This document shows positions 1-10,100 of a DNA stretch of 64,000 bases, in pieces. A program made the position numbers and the translations under genes. Within the stretch, counting starts at the first letter, position 1. Each line of letters opens with the position of its first letter. The DNA is from an uncultured bacterium (lineage in GTDB: Bacteria > Zixibacteria > MSB-5A5 > JAABVY01 > JAHJOQ01). A model generated the notes under the pieces. It was not told where the DNA came from. It saw only the letters and a program-made list of their open reading frames with translations, and did no database searches. The stretch lies in the NCBI GenBank assembly GCA_965369655.1, contig CBDUQR010000004.1:25717-89716 (forward strand), read 5' to 3'.

Positions 1-1
1 A

Positions 2-2572
2 GAGCGAGAGCGTGTCCTTGCATGGTGGTTTGCCAAAAGCTTTGTCGGCTGCGACGATCAACAAGGGTTGATATATCTAACACAACGTGGCCAAACTGTC
101 AATCCAGCATTATGGGACGAAATTGCAAGGGTATTGGCTCACGGTAAGAAGCTCCCGAAACCGGAAACCTATGCCAAGTGGCTGTCAGTTCTTATGAACA
201 CTGTGCCTCAGCATAAGCATGCGTTAGATCGAATCTTGACTAGTCGGAATTTGAACCAGAACTACTGGCGAGGCGTACTGAATCTGTTCCAGTTTCTGAC
301 TACTCCAAGATTGGAGCTGGAAGATGATTATATGGGTGAACTAATCAAAGGAGAGAAGAAAGTTAACGCGAATATATCAATGTTAGGTGATAAGTACTGC
401 TTGGATGAGGCTTGGAAACGAATATTGAAACCACTGCTCCCGACACTGTCAAGCGAACTGGCGGTCACATTCACAGGCCACTTCTGGCGTGCGCATTCGT
501 TGTTGGTCGCCGCTGGCAAGGCTGGTCCCATGTGGAATCCGGTTAGTTTCAGTCGCTCGGCTATCGAGCCGCATGAACAAGATAGCCAGATGTTCGGATT
601 CGAGCTCATTATCGACTATGCAAGAGATGTAATCGAATTCATTATCGAGAATGACACAAGACAGGCTGATGCCCTCATACAAATATGGATATCTTCGAAA
701 GTTCCTATACTCGCTCGTCTCGCTGTTCACGCCATGAGAAAGTCAATCCACGTTTCCTTCGACGACAAGCTACGCTGGGTACTTGAATGGGAGCTGATCT
801 ACAAGCATCTCACCAAACATGAGGTCTTCATGCTCTTAGAGCATGCTTTCCCCAAGGCAGGGCAAGACATGCAATTAGAGGTAATCGAGCGCGCCAAGAT
901 CGGACCTCATCGCGATGAAGGTGAAGATACAGAACATGCGAAACTATATGAGTATGAGATATACTGTCTACTATATTGGCTTAAGAAGCATGCTCCGAAA
1001 CTCCACTCTGCACAGCAAGCATTTGATGAGGTACAGAGTAGGAATAAAGAATTCTCACCACCTGATCATCCTGAATTCTATAAGTGGAGTTCGGGTGCTA
1101 TTTTAATTGAAGGCTTCTCTCCGATTGATGCTGACGAACTCTTATTGAAACCTGCTGCAGAGCAGGTTGAATATTTGATGAACGGTGGATCTGAGTCCAG
1201 GCATATTTTCGAGAGAGAAGGTCTCATGGGGCAAGTTGGCATCGCGGCAAGAAAAAACCCGTCGTGGGGTTTAGACCTTGCAGAGGTGTTGAGGGATAGG
1301 ACGGAATGGAAAGAAGATATTTGGAGCAGCATTCTTAATGCATGGCATAAACCACCTTTCAACAAAGAAGATTGGCCGCGAGCACTAGGAATCCTCGGGG
1401 ACGTAAACATTCTCTCTAATAACCGATACACGATAGGTTACATCCTCTGGCATGCGTCCGAAATGAAAAACATCTGGACTGAAGCGACTCTCCACGAAGC
1501 CGAGGCTATTACGGAGAGATTTTGGGATATTATCGGCAATGACGCACCAGAACGGACACCTGCTGACGACTGGCTGTTCGAGGCTATCAACCATCCGGCT
1601 GGTCAGCTTACTCTCTTCTGGCTGCACCTTATCGAAAGGCGCGCCGAACTCGCTGGACACGATCCTGACACAATACCCGACAAGTACAAAGAGCGTTTTG
1701 AAGCAATCATCTCAGGGACATCATACGCGAGTCAACTTGGCCGTGTAACCCTCGCCAGCCAGATCAGATATGCATTCAGCCTAGATCGGCAATGGACAGT
1801 AGATAACCTGCTTCCGCTACTAGACTGGAATAAGGACGAACATCGTGCAGAGCAATGCTGGCACGGATTCATCGGCTGGGGAACACCGCCTTTCGAGTTA
1901 CTGAAACACCTTAAGCCGCTGTATGAGCAAGCCACCGAGAAGTTTCCTCCTGAGGCTTCCAGACTACGTGAGCATCTAATGCAACACTTGGCCTTCATGG
2001 CGCTTTCTCTTGAGAATCCGCTTCAGGACAAATGGTTGCTTCGAGTGAGAAGCCATATGATTCAGGAAGGCGATCTGCTAAAGTGGACTCACAGATTCAG
2101 ATTCGTATTGATCGACATCCCTGACAACCAGAAGAAAGCAATATGGGATAGGTGGCTCTGTCAGTATTGGAAGGATCGTACAGAAGGTATATTCGGACGA
2201 TTCGTTGAAGAGGAAGCCGCAGGAATGCTCAGTTGGGCACTCGAGCTTGGTCCTGTAATTGGAGAAGTTGTCAATGTTATTTGTAATTCTGATCCTGTAG
2301 ATGTAGGTAGTACTTCTATTTACATCGAATTGGTCGAGAGTAGACTTGCAGAGAAGTACCCGGATCCCACAGCCGATCTTCTTCATCATCTTGCCAAGGG
2401 GCACAAGCATCCTCTTCCTGCGCAGGAATCCTACATGTGCCACGAGATGTCGGAACTTGTGAAAGAGCTTCATAAGCACGGCGCGTCAATTGATAAGCTC
2501 AAAGCAATTTGCGAAGAACTCGCAAAACTTGGATGCACAGAAGCCCCTGATCCACATGATTCCCTAAAGTAG
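2..2572 (+). CDS. DUF4020-containing protein, 5'-truncated by the window edge (SIR2+DUF4020 / Dsr1-like defence candidate)
   Basis: Frame is open from base 2 (ERERVLAWWF...), so TTG 68 is not the true start. C-terminal 'WDRWLCQYWKDRTEG...EAAGMLSW' and 'AINHPAGQL' resemble DUF4020 proteins. An N-terminal SIR2 domain would lie outside the window. Confidence 0.6.
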   Translation, partial: ERERVLAWWFAKSFVGCDDQQGLIYLTQRGQTVNPALWDEIARVLAHGKKLPKPETYAKWLSVLMNTVPQHKHALDRILTSRNLNQNYWRGVLNLFQFLTTPRLELEDDYMGELIKGEKKVNANISMLGDKYCLDEAWKRILKPLLPTLSSELAVTFTGHFWRAHSLLVAAGKAGPMWNPVSFSRSAIEPHEQDSQMFGFELIIDYARDVIEFIIENDTRQADALIQIWISSKVPILARLAVHAMRKSIHVSFDDKLRWVLEWELIYKHLTKHEVFMLLEHAFPKAGQDMQLEVIERAKIGPHRDEGEDTEHAKLYEYEIYCLLYWLKKHAPKLHSAQQAFDEVQSRNKEFSPPDHPEFYKWSSGAILIEGFSPIDADELLLKPAAEQVEYLMNGGSESRHIFEREGLMGQVGIAARKNPSWGLDLAEVLRDRTEWKEDIWSSILNAWHKPPFNKEDWPRALGILGDVNILSNNRYTIGYILWHASEMKNIWTEATLHEAEAITERFWDIIGNDAPERTPADDWLFEAINHPAGQLTLFWLHLIERRAELAGHDPDTIPDKYKERFEAIISGTSYASQLGRVTLASQIRYAFSLDRQWTVDNLLPLLDWNKDEHRAEQCWHGFIGWGTPPFELLKHLKPLYEQATEKFPPEASRLREHLMQHLAFMALSLENPLQDKWLLRVRSHMIQEGDLLKWTHRFRFVLIDIPDNQKKAIWDRWLCQYWKDRTEGIFGRFVEEEAAGMLSWALELGPVIGEVVNVICNSDPVDVGSTSIYIELVESRLAEKYPDPTADLLHHLAKGHKHPLPAQESYMCHEMSELVKELHKHGASIDKLKAICEELAKLGCTEAPDPHDSLK

Positions 2573-2632
2573 AAAATCAGATTGACTCCCACACTCAATC
2601 TGTTTAATTGCTCTCTTCACAGGAGGGACTTC

Positions 2633-4891
2633 ATGGAAGAGCCGAAAGTCGATCTGCAGCTTGCTCTCGATCATGGGCTGTCGGAAGAGGAATACAATCG
2701 GATTCTTGATACACTCGGGCGCACGCCGACCTACACTGAGCTTGGGATATTCTCGGTCATGTGGTCGGAGCATTGTTCCTACAAGAATTCTATCGCCCTG
2801 CTGAAAACACTTCCGCGCGAGGGATCGACTCTCCTTACAATGGCGGGCGAGGAAAATGCCGGTGCGGTCGATATCGGCAACGGTTTCGCGATCGTGTTCA
2901 AAATCGAATCGCACAACCATCCGACCGCAGTCGAACCATATCAGGCAGCAGCAACAGGCGTCGGCGGAATTCTCCGCGACATATTCACTATGGGCGCGCG
3001 ACCGATTGCCTGTCTCGACTCACTCAGATTCGGCAATCTCGAAGACCCGCGCTCGCGGTATCTTTTCAATGGCGCAGTCAAAGGCATCGGCGATTACGGC
3101 AATTCGTTCGGCGTACCGACTGTCGGCGGCGAGGTCTATTTCGAGCAATGTTATCAAAGCAACCCGCTCGTCAATCCAATGGCTGTCGGCATCGTGAAGA
3201 CCGACGGCATCATCAGCGCGACAGCCAAAGGTGCGGGCAACCCGGTCTATATCGTCGGATCATCGACCGGCCGCGACGGCATCCATGGCGCAACATTCGC
3301 ATCCGAGGAACTCTCCGAGGAATCTCAATCCAAACGCCCATCGGTACAGATCGGCGATCCGTTTACCGAGAAACTCCTGCTCGAAGCCACACTCGAAATC
3401 ATCAAAGATGATCTGATCGTCGGCATACAGGATATGGGCGCGGCGGGAATCACCTGCTGTTCGACCGAGATGGCCGCTCGCGGCAAATCCGGCATGGAGA
3501 TCGAACTCTCGAAAGTGCCCGTGCGCGAGGAGAAAATGACGCCGTACGAAATCATGCTCTCCGAATCGCAGGAAAGGATGATGGTGGTCGTCAAGAAGGG
3601 CTGCGAATCCAAAGTCGACGAGATATTCAGGAAGTGGGGGCTTCACGCTGTCGAGATCGGTCATGTAATCGATGAGGACAGAGTGATCGTGCACAACAAT
3701 GGCAAAGTCGTGGCCGATGTACCGGCTGATATTCTCGTCCTCGGCGGAGGCGCACCAGTCTATCACAGGGAGACTCGGAGACCAGCATATATCGACGAGT
3801 TACGCGAACTCGATCTGGCTGACATCCCCATCCCGGTCGATCTGAATGCCGCTCTCCTGAGTGTCATCGGTTCTCAGTGCATGGCCGACACGAGCTGGAT
3901 ATACCGGCAGTATGACCACATGGTGCGAACCAATACGGCTGTCCAGCCCGGGTCCGATGCCGCAGTAATCAGGATCAGAAAGACGAACATGGCGATCGCC
4001 CTTACAACCGACTGCAACGGCAGATACTGCTATTTGAATCCGAGACGGGGTGCGATGATTGCCGTGGCCGAAGCTGCGCGAAACATCACGGCATCAGGCG
4101 GCAGACCAGCGGCTATAACGAATTGTCTGAACTTCGGCAATCCAAACAAGCCGGAGATGTACTGGAGTTTCACCGAAGCCGTAGCAGGCATGGGCGAGGC
4201 ATGCCGCGTGTTCGATACGCCTGTCACCGGCGGCAATGTGTCGTTCTACAACGAGGACAAGATGACAAAGCGAGCAGTCTATCCGACACCGGTCATCGGG
4301 ATGCTTGGAATCATAGATGATGTCTCTCATATCACCACGCAGTATTTCAAAGACGAAGGCGATGCAATTCTACTCGTCGGTGAAACGACCGGGGAACTCG
4401 GCGGATCGGAGTATCTGAAGGTCGTTCACGATAAAGTCCGGGGTGACTGTCCTGCTATCGATCTGTCGCTCGAAAAAAAGACACAGGACGCGGTCCGAGG
4501 ACTCGTAACATCAGGGCTTATCAAATCATGCCACGATATCTCCGAAGGCGGGCTGGCAATAGCATTAGCCGAATGTTGCATCACGGACAGGGAGAATCAG
4601 ATTGGATGTGAGGTCTCAATCGAGACAGAACTGCGACCTGATGTTATGCTGTTCAGCGAGTCCCAATCCCGATTTGTGATCGGCGTTGCGGAGGATGATG
4701 TTCAGGAAGTTATATCTCAACTCGGTCGCAGCGAAATCCCAGTCCGAAAAATAGGACGGGTCGGCGGAGTGAGGTTGGTAATCGATTCACTCATCGACTG
4801 CGCACTCGAACAGCTCGGCGAAGCATACTTCAGCACACTCTATCGCTATATGGACTCACAATCTTGCAGGTCAAGCGGCCTGCCCGCTTGA
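2633..4891 (+). CDS. purL: Phosphoribosylformylglycinamidine synthase subunit PurL
   Basis: MWSEHCSYK, KIESHNHP, GRDGIHGATFAS and QDMGAAG motifs; RBS AGGAGG before ATG 2633. Confidence 0.97.
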   Translation: MEEPKVDLQLALDHGLSEEEYNRILDTLGRTPTYTELGIFSVMWSEHCSYKNSIALLKTLPREGSTLLTMAGEENAGAVDIGNGFAIVFKIESHNHPTAVEPYQAAATGVGGILRDIFTMGARPIACLDSLRFGNLEDPRSRYLFNGAVKGIGDYGNSFGVPTVGGEVYFEQCYQSNPLVNPMAVGIVKTDGIISATAKGAGNPVYIVGSSTGRDGIHGATFASEELSEESQSKRPSVQIGDPFTEKLLLEATLEIIKDDLIVGIQDMGAAGITCCSTEMAARGKSGMEIELSKVPVREEKMTPYEIMLSESQERMMVVVKKGCESKVDEIFRKWGLHAVEIGHVIDEDRVIVHNNGKVVADVPADILVLGGGAPVYHRETRRPAYIDELRELDLADIPIPVDLNAALLSVIGSQCMADTSWIYRQYDHMVRTNTAVQPGSDAAVIRIRKTNMAIALTTDCNGRYCYLNPRRGAMIAVAEAARNITASGGRPAAITNCLNFGNPNKPEMYWSFTEAVAGMGEACRVFDTPVTGGNVSFYNEDKMTKRAVYPTPVIGMLGIIDDVSHITTQYFKDEGDAILLVGETTGELGGSEYLKVVHDKVRGDCPAIDLSLEKKTQDAVRGLVTSGLIKSCHDISEGGLAIALAECCITDRENQIGCEVSIETELRPDVMLFSESQSRFVIGVAEDDVQEVISQLGRSEIPVRKIGRVGGVRLVIDSLIDCALEQLGEAYFSTLYRYMDSQSCRSSGLPA

Positions 4892-5339
4892 CATTTCTTC
4901 AACCGTCAAGCGCCCTTCGCAAGTCTCAGGACAGACGAGCGCGTTAGACCTACGAAGGCTGAGATTGCCGCGCTTCGCTCGCAATGACGGCAGTCGATCA
5001 TGACTCTCGTGTTCGTCGGGACTGTGACTCTGATACAACACGCAGAGGCACAGCCTCTGCGTGCACAGATATACCAATGTCATTCCTGTGCAAACCGGAA
5101 TCTAGGAGAAGATGGTTCCCGGCTTTCGGGCATGTTGAAAAAGTCCTTTAGATCAGCGTTGAATAGTGTTGATTGTGGTTATACAAACAAAACGAGAGCA
5201 ATATCAACAGTCGAGGTCGAAACCCTTACCTGTCCTGAGCCTGCGAAGGGCGGTTTCGACAATTCGCGCAAAACGCGAAAAGGAAAGAGTTGTCAAGTCT
5301 CTCCGTTCGCTTCGCGAACTCCGAGATTTGACCTACTCA
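4866..5339. repeat. Mosaic cluster of REP-like palindromes
   Basis: Hairpins GTCAAGCG..CGCTTGAC, GAGATTGC..GCAATGAC, CACGCAGAGGC..GCCTCTGCGTG, GTCATTCC..GGAATC and GTCGAAACC..GGTTTCGAC, with GACCTAC ends; relatives occur elsewhere in the window. Confidence 0.75.
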
Positions 5340-5485
5340 ACTAATCGGACGCTGAGGAGTCTGTCCAATGCCTAAGGAATGAATTCTAAACTCGGCGACC
5401 AACTATGTCGGCACATTGAGATAGAATACACTCAAACAGACAGTATACACGAACGCCGCCCGGATATGATTCAGGCGGCGTTTTG
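5340..5485 (+). repeat. 146-bp direct repeat, copy 1
   Basis: Near-identical to 6879-7024 (offset 1539). Confidence 0.95.
5452..5485 (+). terminator. Intrinsic terminator-like hairpin
   Basis: AACGCCGCC-13nt-GGCGGCGTT followed by TT; second copy at about 6991-7024. Confidence 0.6.
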
Positions 5486-5498
5486 ACTGGGATGTTCC

Positions 5499-5527
5499 TT
5501 GACTGCGAACGATGCTTCGCGTATTAT
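5499..5527 (+). promoter_or_regulatory. sigma70-like promoter upstream of the MTase
   Basis: TTGACT-N17-TATTAT. Confidence 0.55.
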
Positions 5528-5639
5528 CCGATCAGGGAATGCTACGCTTCAGGCCTGCGGCTCTTTTCACGTAGAGCAAAGCGTGGCATATACCGCGTAT
5601 GGGAATCTGTCATTTTGTTGACTGGGAATTTTGCACTTG

Positions 5640-6914
5640 ATGCGGACGAATCACAGAATAGTATTCGGTGACGCACGAAGAATGTCCCTCCTGGAATCTC
5701 GGAGTGTCCACTTAGTTGTTACCTCTCCGCCTTACTGGCAGCTAAAGGACTATGGCACAAGTGAGCAAATTGGATTCGATAACTCCTACGAGGATTATGT
5801 TAACAATCTTAACTTAGTGTGGAGAGAATGCCACCGGGTTTTGCATGACGGTTGCAAACTCTGCGTCAATATCGGAGATCAGTTTGCCCGCTCAGTCTAC
5901 TATGGAAGGTACAAGATCATTCCTATCAGAACGGAGATAATCAGGTTTTGCGAGACAATCGGTTTCGATTTCATGGGGTCGATTATCTGGCAGAAAGTGA
6001 CTACCTGCAACACAACAGGCGGCGCGACCATCATGGGATCATTTCCCTATCCCAGAAACGGTATTGTCAAGATAGACTATGAGTTCATTCTTCTGTTCAA
6101 GAAACAGGGCACCCCCCCTCGTGTCACACCGGAAGTGAAGGAGAAATCGAGATTGACGAAAGAGGAGTGGAACACTTTCTTCAACGGCCACTGGAATTTC
6201 CCCGGCGAAAAACAGTCAAACCATTTGGCAATGTTCCCGGAAGAACTGCCGAGGCGTCTCATCAAGATGTTCAGCTTTGTAGGAGAACGCGTGCTTGACC
6301 CGTTTCTCGGGAGCGGAACGACCACACTTGCCGCCATGAATCTGGAGCGAGATTCGGTGGGTTATGAGATGTCTACCGATTTCAAGAATATAATCGCTAC
6401 AAAATTGCAGCAGGGGAGTGATCTGTTCAAGAAAGTCGATGTCGACTATCTTGAGGATACCTCTCGGCCTGAGGAAAACGATTGGGAATCATTGCCGTAT
6501 CTTTTCCGTGATCCCCTGAAGTTAGACAAGAAAGTTGATCCCAGAAAACTGTTGTTCGGTTCCAGGATAAACAGTGAATCCAAAAGTGAAAGACAGTATT
6601 ATTCTGTTAAGGAAATCCTATCGCCGGATGAACTGATGTTGGACAGTGGGCTCACTATCAAGCTGCTTGGAATACAACCAGTAAATGGGCTTGAATCCGA
6701 AGCAATAAAGTACCTGGAGGATGCTGTCAAGGGGAAAAAGGTCTCTCTGAAGTTCGATCGAGTCAGGTACGATGATTCCAAACGACTTCTTGTCTATCTT
6801 TATCTCAAGAACAGGACATTCATTAATGCTCACCTGGTCAAACGAGGCTTTGCCGAAGTGGACAGCACGCTGGACATTACTAATCGGACACTGAGGAGTC
6901 TGTCCAATGCCTAA
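5640..6914 (+). CDS. Beta-class N4/N6 DNA methyltransferase fused to a C-terminal thermonuclease (SNase)-like domain
   Basis: VTSPPY (motif IV) precedes DPFLGSGTT (motif I); HLAMFPEELP; C-terminal 'IKLLGI...RLLVYLYL..RTFINAHLVKRGFA' is SNase-like. Confidence 0.9.
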   Translation: MRTNHRIVFGDARRMSLLESRSVHLVVTSPPYWQLKDYGTSEQIGFDNSYEDYVNNLNLVWRECHRVLHDGCKLCVNIGDQFARSVYYGRYKIIPIRTEIIRFCETIGFDFMGSIIWQKVTTCNTTGGATIMGSFPYPRNGIVKIDYEFILLFKKQGTPPRVTPEVKEKSRLTKEEWNTFFNGHWNFPGEKQSNHLAMFPEELPRRLIKMFSFVGERVLDPFLGSGTTTLAAMNLERDSVGYEMSTDFKNIIATKLQQGSDLFKKVDVDYLEDTSRPEENDWESLPYLFRDPLKLDKKVDPRKLLFGSRINSESKSERQYYSVKEILSPDELMLDSGLTIKLLGIQPVNGLESEAIKYLEDAVKGKKVSLKFDRVRYDDSKRLLVYLYLKNRTFINAHLVKRGFAEVDSTLDITNRTLRSLSNA

Positions 6915-7024
6915 GGAATGGATTCTAAACTCGGCGACCAACTATGTCGGCACATTGAGATAGACAATACTCTGAGAGTCAGCATACACGAACGCCGCCC
7001 GGATATGATTCAGGAGGCGTTTTG
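6879..7024 (+). repeat. 146-bp direct repeat, copy 2
   Basis: Covers the last MTase codons, a restriction-gene stub and the terminator hairpin. Confidence 0.95.
6907..6963 (+). pseudogene. Stub of an MjaI-family-like restriction endonuclease gene
   Basis: ATG overlaps the MTase 3' end and reads MPKEWILNSATNYVGTLR*; 'M.KEWILNSA.N' matches my recollection of the N-terminus of MjaI-family REases that follow this MTase-SNase fusion. Confidence 0.55.
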
Positions 7025-7054
7025 TTTATTCAGTAGCTATCAAGCAGTAAATTC

Positions 7055-8854
7055 CTACACGGAATCCGGATAGACTGATCGCCTAAGGATATTTTGACAC
7101 TCATCCAAGGCATCTCCTGATTTGTCATAGAGTTTGTCAAGTAGGAGTCCCCACCCGCCAATCTGTGAATCTTTATCAGTCCCAAGTCTTTCGAGCAACT
7201 TATCGATGGAAATATCCCTGTGATCATTTGCTTTTCTCAGATCATGCAGAATATACAGGGCGTTTAGAGGGTTGGGAAGTTGTTCATCGTTCTTAAGTTG
7301 AGATATTCTTTCACTTACTGATTCTTCGATATCTTTAGTGTCAGTGAAAGCGCTTAGGCCTCGTTCGTCTGCAACAAGGCATATCTGGACTAAATAGTTC
7401 AACAGTTTGAGAGATTTCTTCCCTTTGATTCGATTTCCATCAACATTCAAGGCCAAAAGCAGTTTGCGGAGTGTTTTCTCCTTTAGACCTTCAACTAACA
7501 CCTTATTGAGGATATTGCATCTCGCAAGGAATCCTGATTCACTCAATTCCAATGGTATGTGACTGGCTACTTTGCCAGCATACTTTTGAGTCCACCATCC
7601 TTCATAATCTAATCTCTTATGGTCAATACTGACGAAATCCTCAGTGGATGACGTTTCCTCCATAACTCCCTTGGAGATTTCAGTTAGATACTGTCCCAAT
7701 TTTACTAACCCAATGTACAGACGTTCCGCGCGGATTGCGATGTTCGGTTCTTTGCTAAGTACTGAAATGTCGCCTTTTGGTGGATCGACAGCGAACTCAT
7801 TCCAGTGACGAACCACATCAGAAGGCAGACATTCGTAAAGCTTTCGCAATTCAGCTTGAATGAGATTGCGCCCTATCCGGTGGCAACGGTCAAAACCCCA
7901 TTGTCCTTTGTAATACACTGCGCCGATGTCCGGAAGAATCTTATATAGGTCGGGCTCGGCTTCATAGTCTTCTAGCACTTCATCGCTCACATAGACTTGA
8001 GGCATTAGCATTTGCCCAGCTCTGTCCTTTGACACTGGCCCACTAATACCCGGCCAATGCAGTGAGCCATAGTCGTCAGTAGCAAACGACACTGGTTTAC
8101 TGCCAGGCTCAACTAGTAGCCTGACACCATTGATCTCGATATGGACTAAGCGGGGGTTGTTGTCTATTCGATGCAGATAAATGGTTCTGCCGGGAAAGAC
8201 AAGTTTTCCACTTGGATTGATGTCCAATGCTCGTTTGATATCTTCAGTCATTTCATATTCTCTACTATCCAAGTAGACTTGCACAAGTGATCGATGACGA
8301 ATCGTGGCGTACTCCTGCAGATAGTCGCGGTGTATTTCAATCCACGCTGGGGATTGCAGTCCATACTTATATACTGACACAGATTTGCAGGTTATTACTT
8401 TGAACATTGATCTTGAGGCATCGTACCAGTGTATTTCATCAGCCTTGCCATCCCTTCGAATTGTCCTTGGTACAAGGCCAAAGGCCGAAAGAAATCTGGG
8501 GTCAGGTATCATTACAGATTCGTTTGAACCTGCATTCCACGCTGCAACAATTGATTCAAGCCCTTCTGATACTATGTCAGCAGCCCATATATAGAAGGAA
8601 GGCGGTATTTCTGTTGAGTCTGCAGACGGTACTCTGCTTCGTACTTCGTGACCGATACCGCCATCGAACTTTAAAAGTTCTGCGGTTAGGTCTGGGGAGA
8701 CCAGAGCTGTGAATGTCTCACGCAGGCTGTACTCTTCAACAGGTTTTCGTATTTCAGCTACTGTCACTTGCTCATTCTCAAGTGGCCTTTCATTGCGAAG
8801 ATGCTTTAGTGGTTCTGGCCACCAGTTTTCATCTAACTCATTGTGTTTCTGCAT
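7055..8854 (-). CDS. Hypothetical protein with a C-terminal HEPN-like RxxxxH motif
   Basis: 599-aa ORF, more AT-rich than core genes; helical C-terminus with LHDLRKANDHR. Confidence 0.6.
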   Translation of the reverse strand: MQKHNELDENWWPEPLKHLRNERPLENEQVTVAEIRKPVEEYSLRETFTALVSPDLTAELLKFDGGIGHEVRSRVPSADSTEIPPSFYIWAADIVSEGLESIVAAWNAGSNESVMIPDPRFLSAFGLVPRTIRRDGKADEIHWYDASRSMFKVITCKSVSVYKYGLQSPAWIEIHRDYLQEYATIRHRSLVQVYLDSREYEMTEDIKRALDINPSGKLVFPGRTIYLHRIDNNPRLVHIEINGVRLLVEPGSKPVSFATDDYGSLHWPGISGPVSKDRAGQMLMPQVYVSDEVLEDYEAEPDLYKILPDIGAVYYKGQWGFDRCHRIGRNLIQAELRKLYECLPSDVVRHWNEFAVDPPKGDISVLSKEPNIAIRAERLYIGLVKLGQYLTEISKGVMEETSSTEDFVSIDHKRLDYEGWWTQKYAGKVASHIPLELSESGFLARCNILNKVLVEGLKEKTLRKLLLALNVDGNRIKGKKSLKLLNYLVQICLVADERGLSAFTDTKDIEESVSERISQLKNDEQLPNPLNALYILHDLRKANDHRDISIDKLLERLGTDKDSQIGGWGLLLDKLYDKSGDALDECQNILRRSVYPDSV

Positions 8855-9181
8855 ACAACAATCCTCTGTCCAATATCACATCATAATACTAATACAGCTT
8901 AGTATGAAACATCTAATGAGAATAATACTCCGTTTTGCATGGAGGGTCAAGTCAGAGTCGAAGGATTTCGTGAAGTAATAGGCTGTAGACAACAGATATT
9001 TCGTTTGTCCTATCATGATCATCTTTGGCTCGCCAGAATATTTAATCCCCTCATTTGGATTGCTTCCCATACCGATTCCGTCTTGACGGATTTCGATTCT
9101 GTGTTATTGTAAGAGTAAGATACTTGCTTTTCAGAATTCTCTGAGAAATAAGGGCATTTAGTCGATAGAAAGGATGTGATC

Positions 9182-10072
9182 ATGTCTTCATCGAGAAACA
9201 ACTATCCGATTCGCGCCTGCACCCTGCACCTGATCCTTGCTGCAGGATTTGTGCTGACTCTGTCTGCAATGTCATCAGTGGCAGCCGATCCGATTCTAAA
9301 TCTGTATGTTGAGGATACTCCGCTAACACCAAAAGATTCTTTTGTCACATTCGAGGTGATGATGAATGCGACCGAAGACTCCGTGGGGAGCTTCGAGATA
9401 TGGTTACAGATGTCTCATCCGTTCATACTTCGGTTTGACATGGATGATCCTGTTGATACCACTGGCTCTATCTTCGACTGGGGGCTGAGTTGGACCGATT
9501 ACGGTACTGACGGGAATCTAATCAAGATTCTCGGATGGGACGGGGTGGATGGCACGCCGATAGCCCCGAGTGATATTCCGCAGTTGCTGTTTACCCTCAA
9601 GGCTGAAGTTATCGACACGATGGCTGACACGCTCTGTGGATTCACCGGAGAAGTAATCATCAATGTATGGACTTATTTCAACAAGACTACTTTCCCGTAC
9701 CGGATTGGCTGGGATTTCTGGGAGGAATACGACACCACATTCGAGAACTGTGTCGAATGGATTGGCGATTCGTGCATCGCATGGGCTGACACGATCGTGG
9801 ATACAACAATGTATAATGAACCGAATATGGAGTTGCTCAACTACCAGGATGGCAGCTACACATTCATCTGTTTCATATGCGGCGACTGCGATAACTCCGG
9901 ATTAGTCGATATCGATGATGCCGTCTATTTGATAACATACATATTCGCTTCCGGTCCTCCTCCGGATCCGCTCGAGAAAGGCGATGTCGACTGGTCGGGT
10001 GCAGTTGATATTGATGATGTTGTCTATCTGATAACATACATATTTGCCGGCGGACCACCGCCATGTGATTAG
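9182..10072 (+). CDS. Secreted cohesin-like plus dockerin-like protein
   Basis: Signal peptide; beta-rich 'LNLYVED..VTFEVMM..DSVGSFEIWLQ' region; duplicated DIDD dockerin repeat. Confidence 0.8.
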   Translation: MSSSRNNYPIRACTLHLILAAGFVLTLSAMSSVAADPILNLYVEDTPLTPKDSFVTFEVMMNATEDSVGSFEIWLQMSHPFILRFDMDDPVDTTGSIFDWGLSWTDYGTDGNLIKILGWDGVDGTPIAPSDIPQLLFTLKAEVIDTMADTLCGFTGEVIINVWTYFNKTTFPYRIGWDFWEEYDTTFENCVEWIGDSCIAWADTIVDTTMYNEPNMELLNYQDGSYTFICFICGDCDNSGLVDIDDAVYLITYIFASGPPPDPLEKGDVDWSGAVDIDDVVYLITYIFAGGPPPCD

Positions 10073-10100
10073 TGAGCGACCGCTCAGTATGTAGCGTGCT

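Noticed and set aside
5000-5375. ORFs 5000-5344 and 5166-5375 as genes
   Set aside because: They run through the REP mosaic; the tail shared with the MTase is explained by the direct repeat.
5340-5485. attC or IS end interpretation of the 146-bp repeat
   Set aside because: No RYYYAAC..GTTRRRY palindrome, terminal inverted repeats or transposase.
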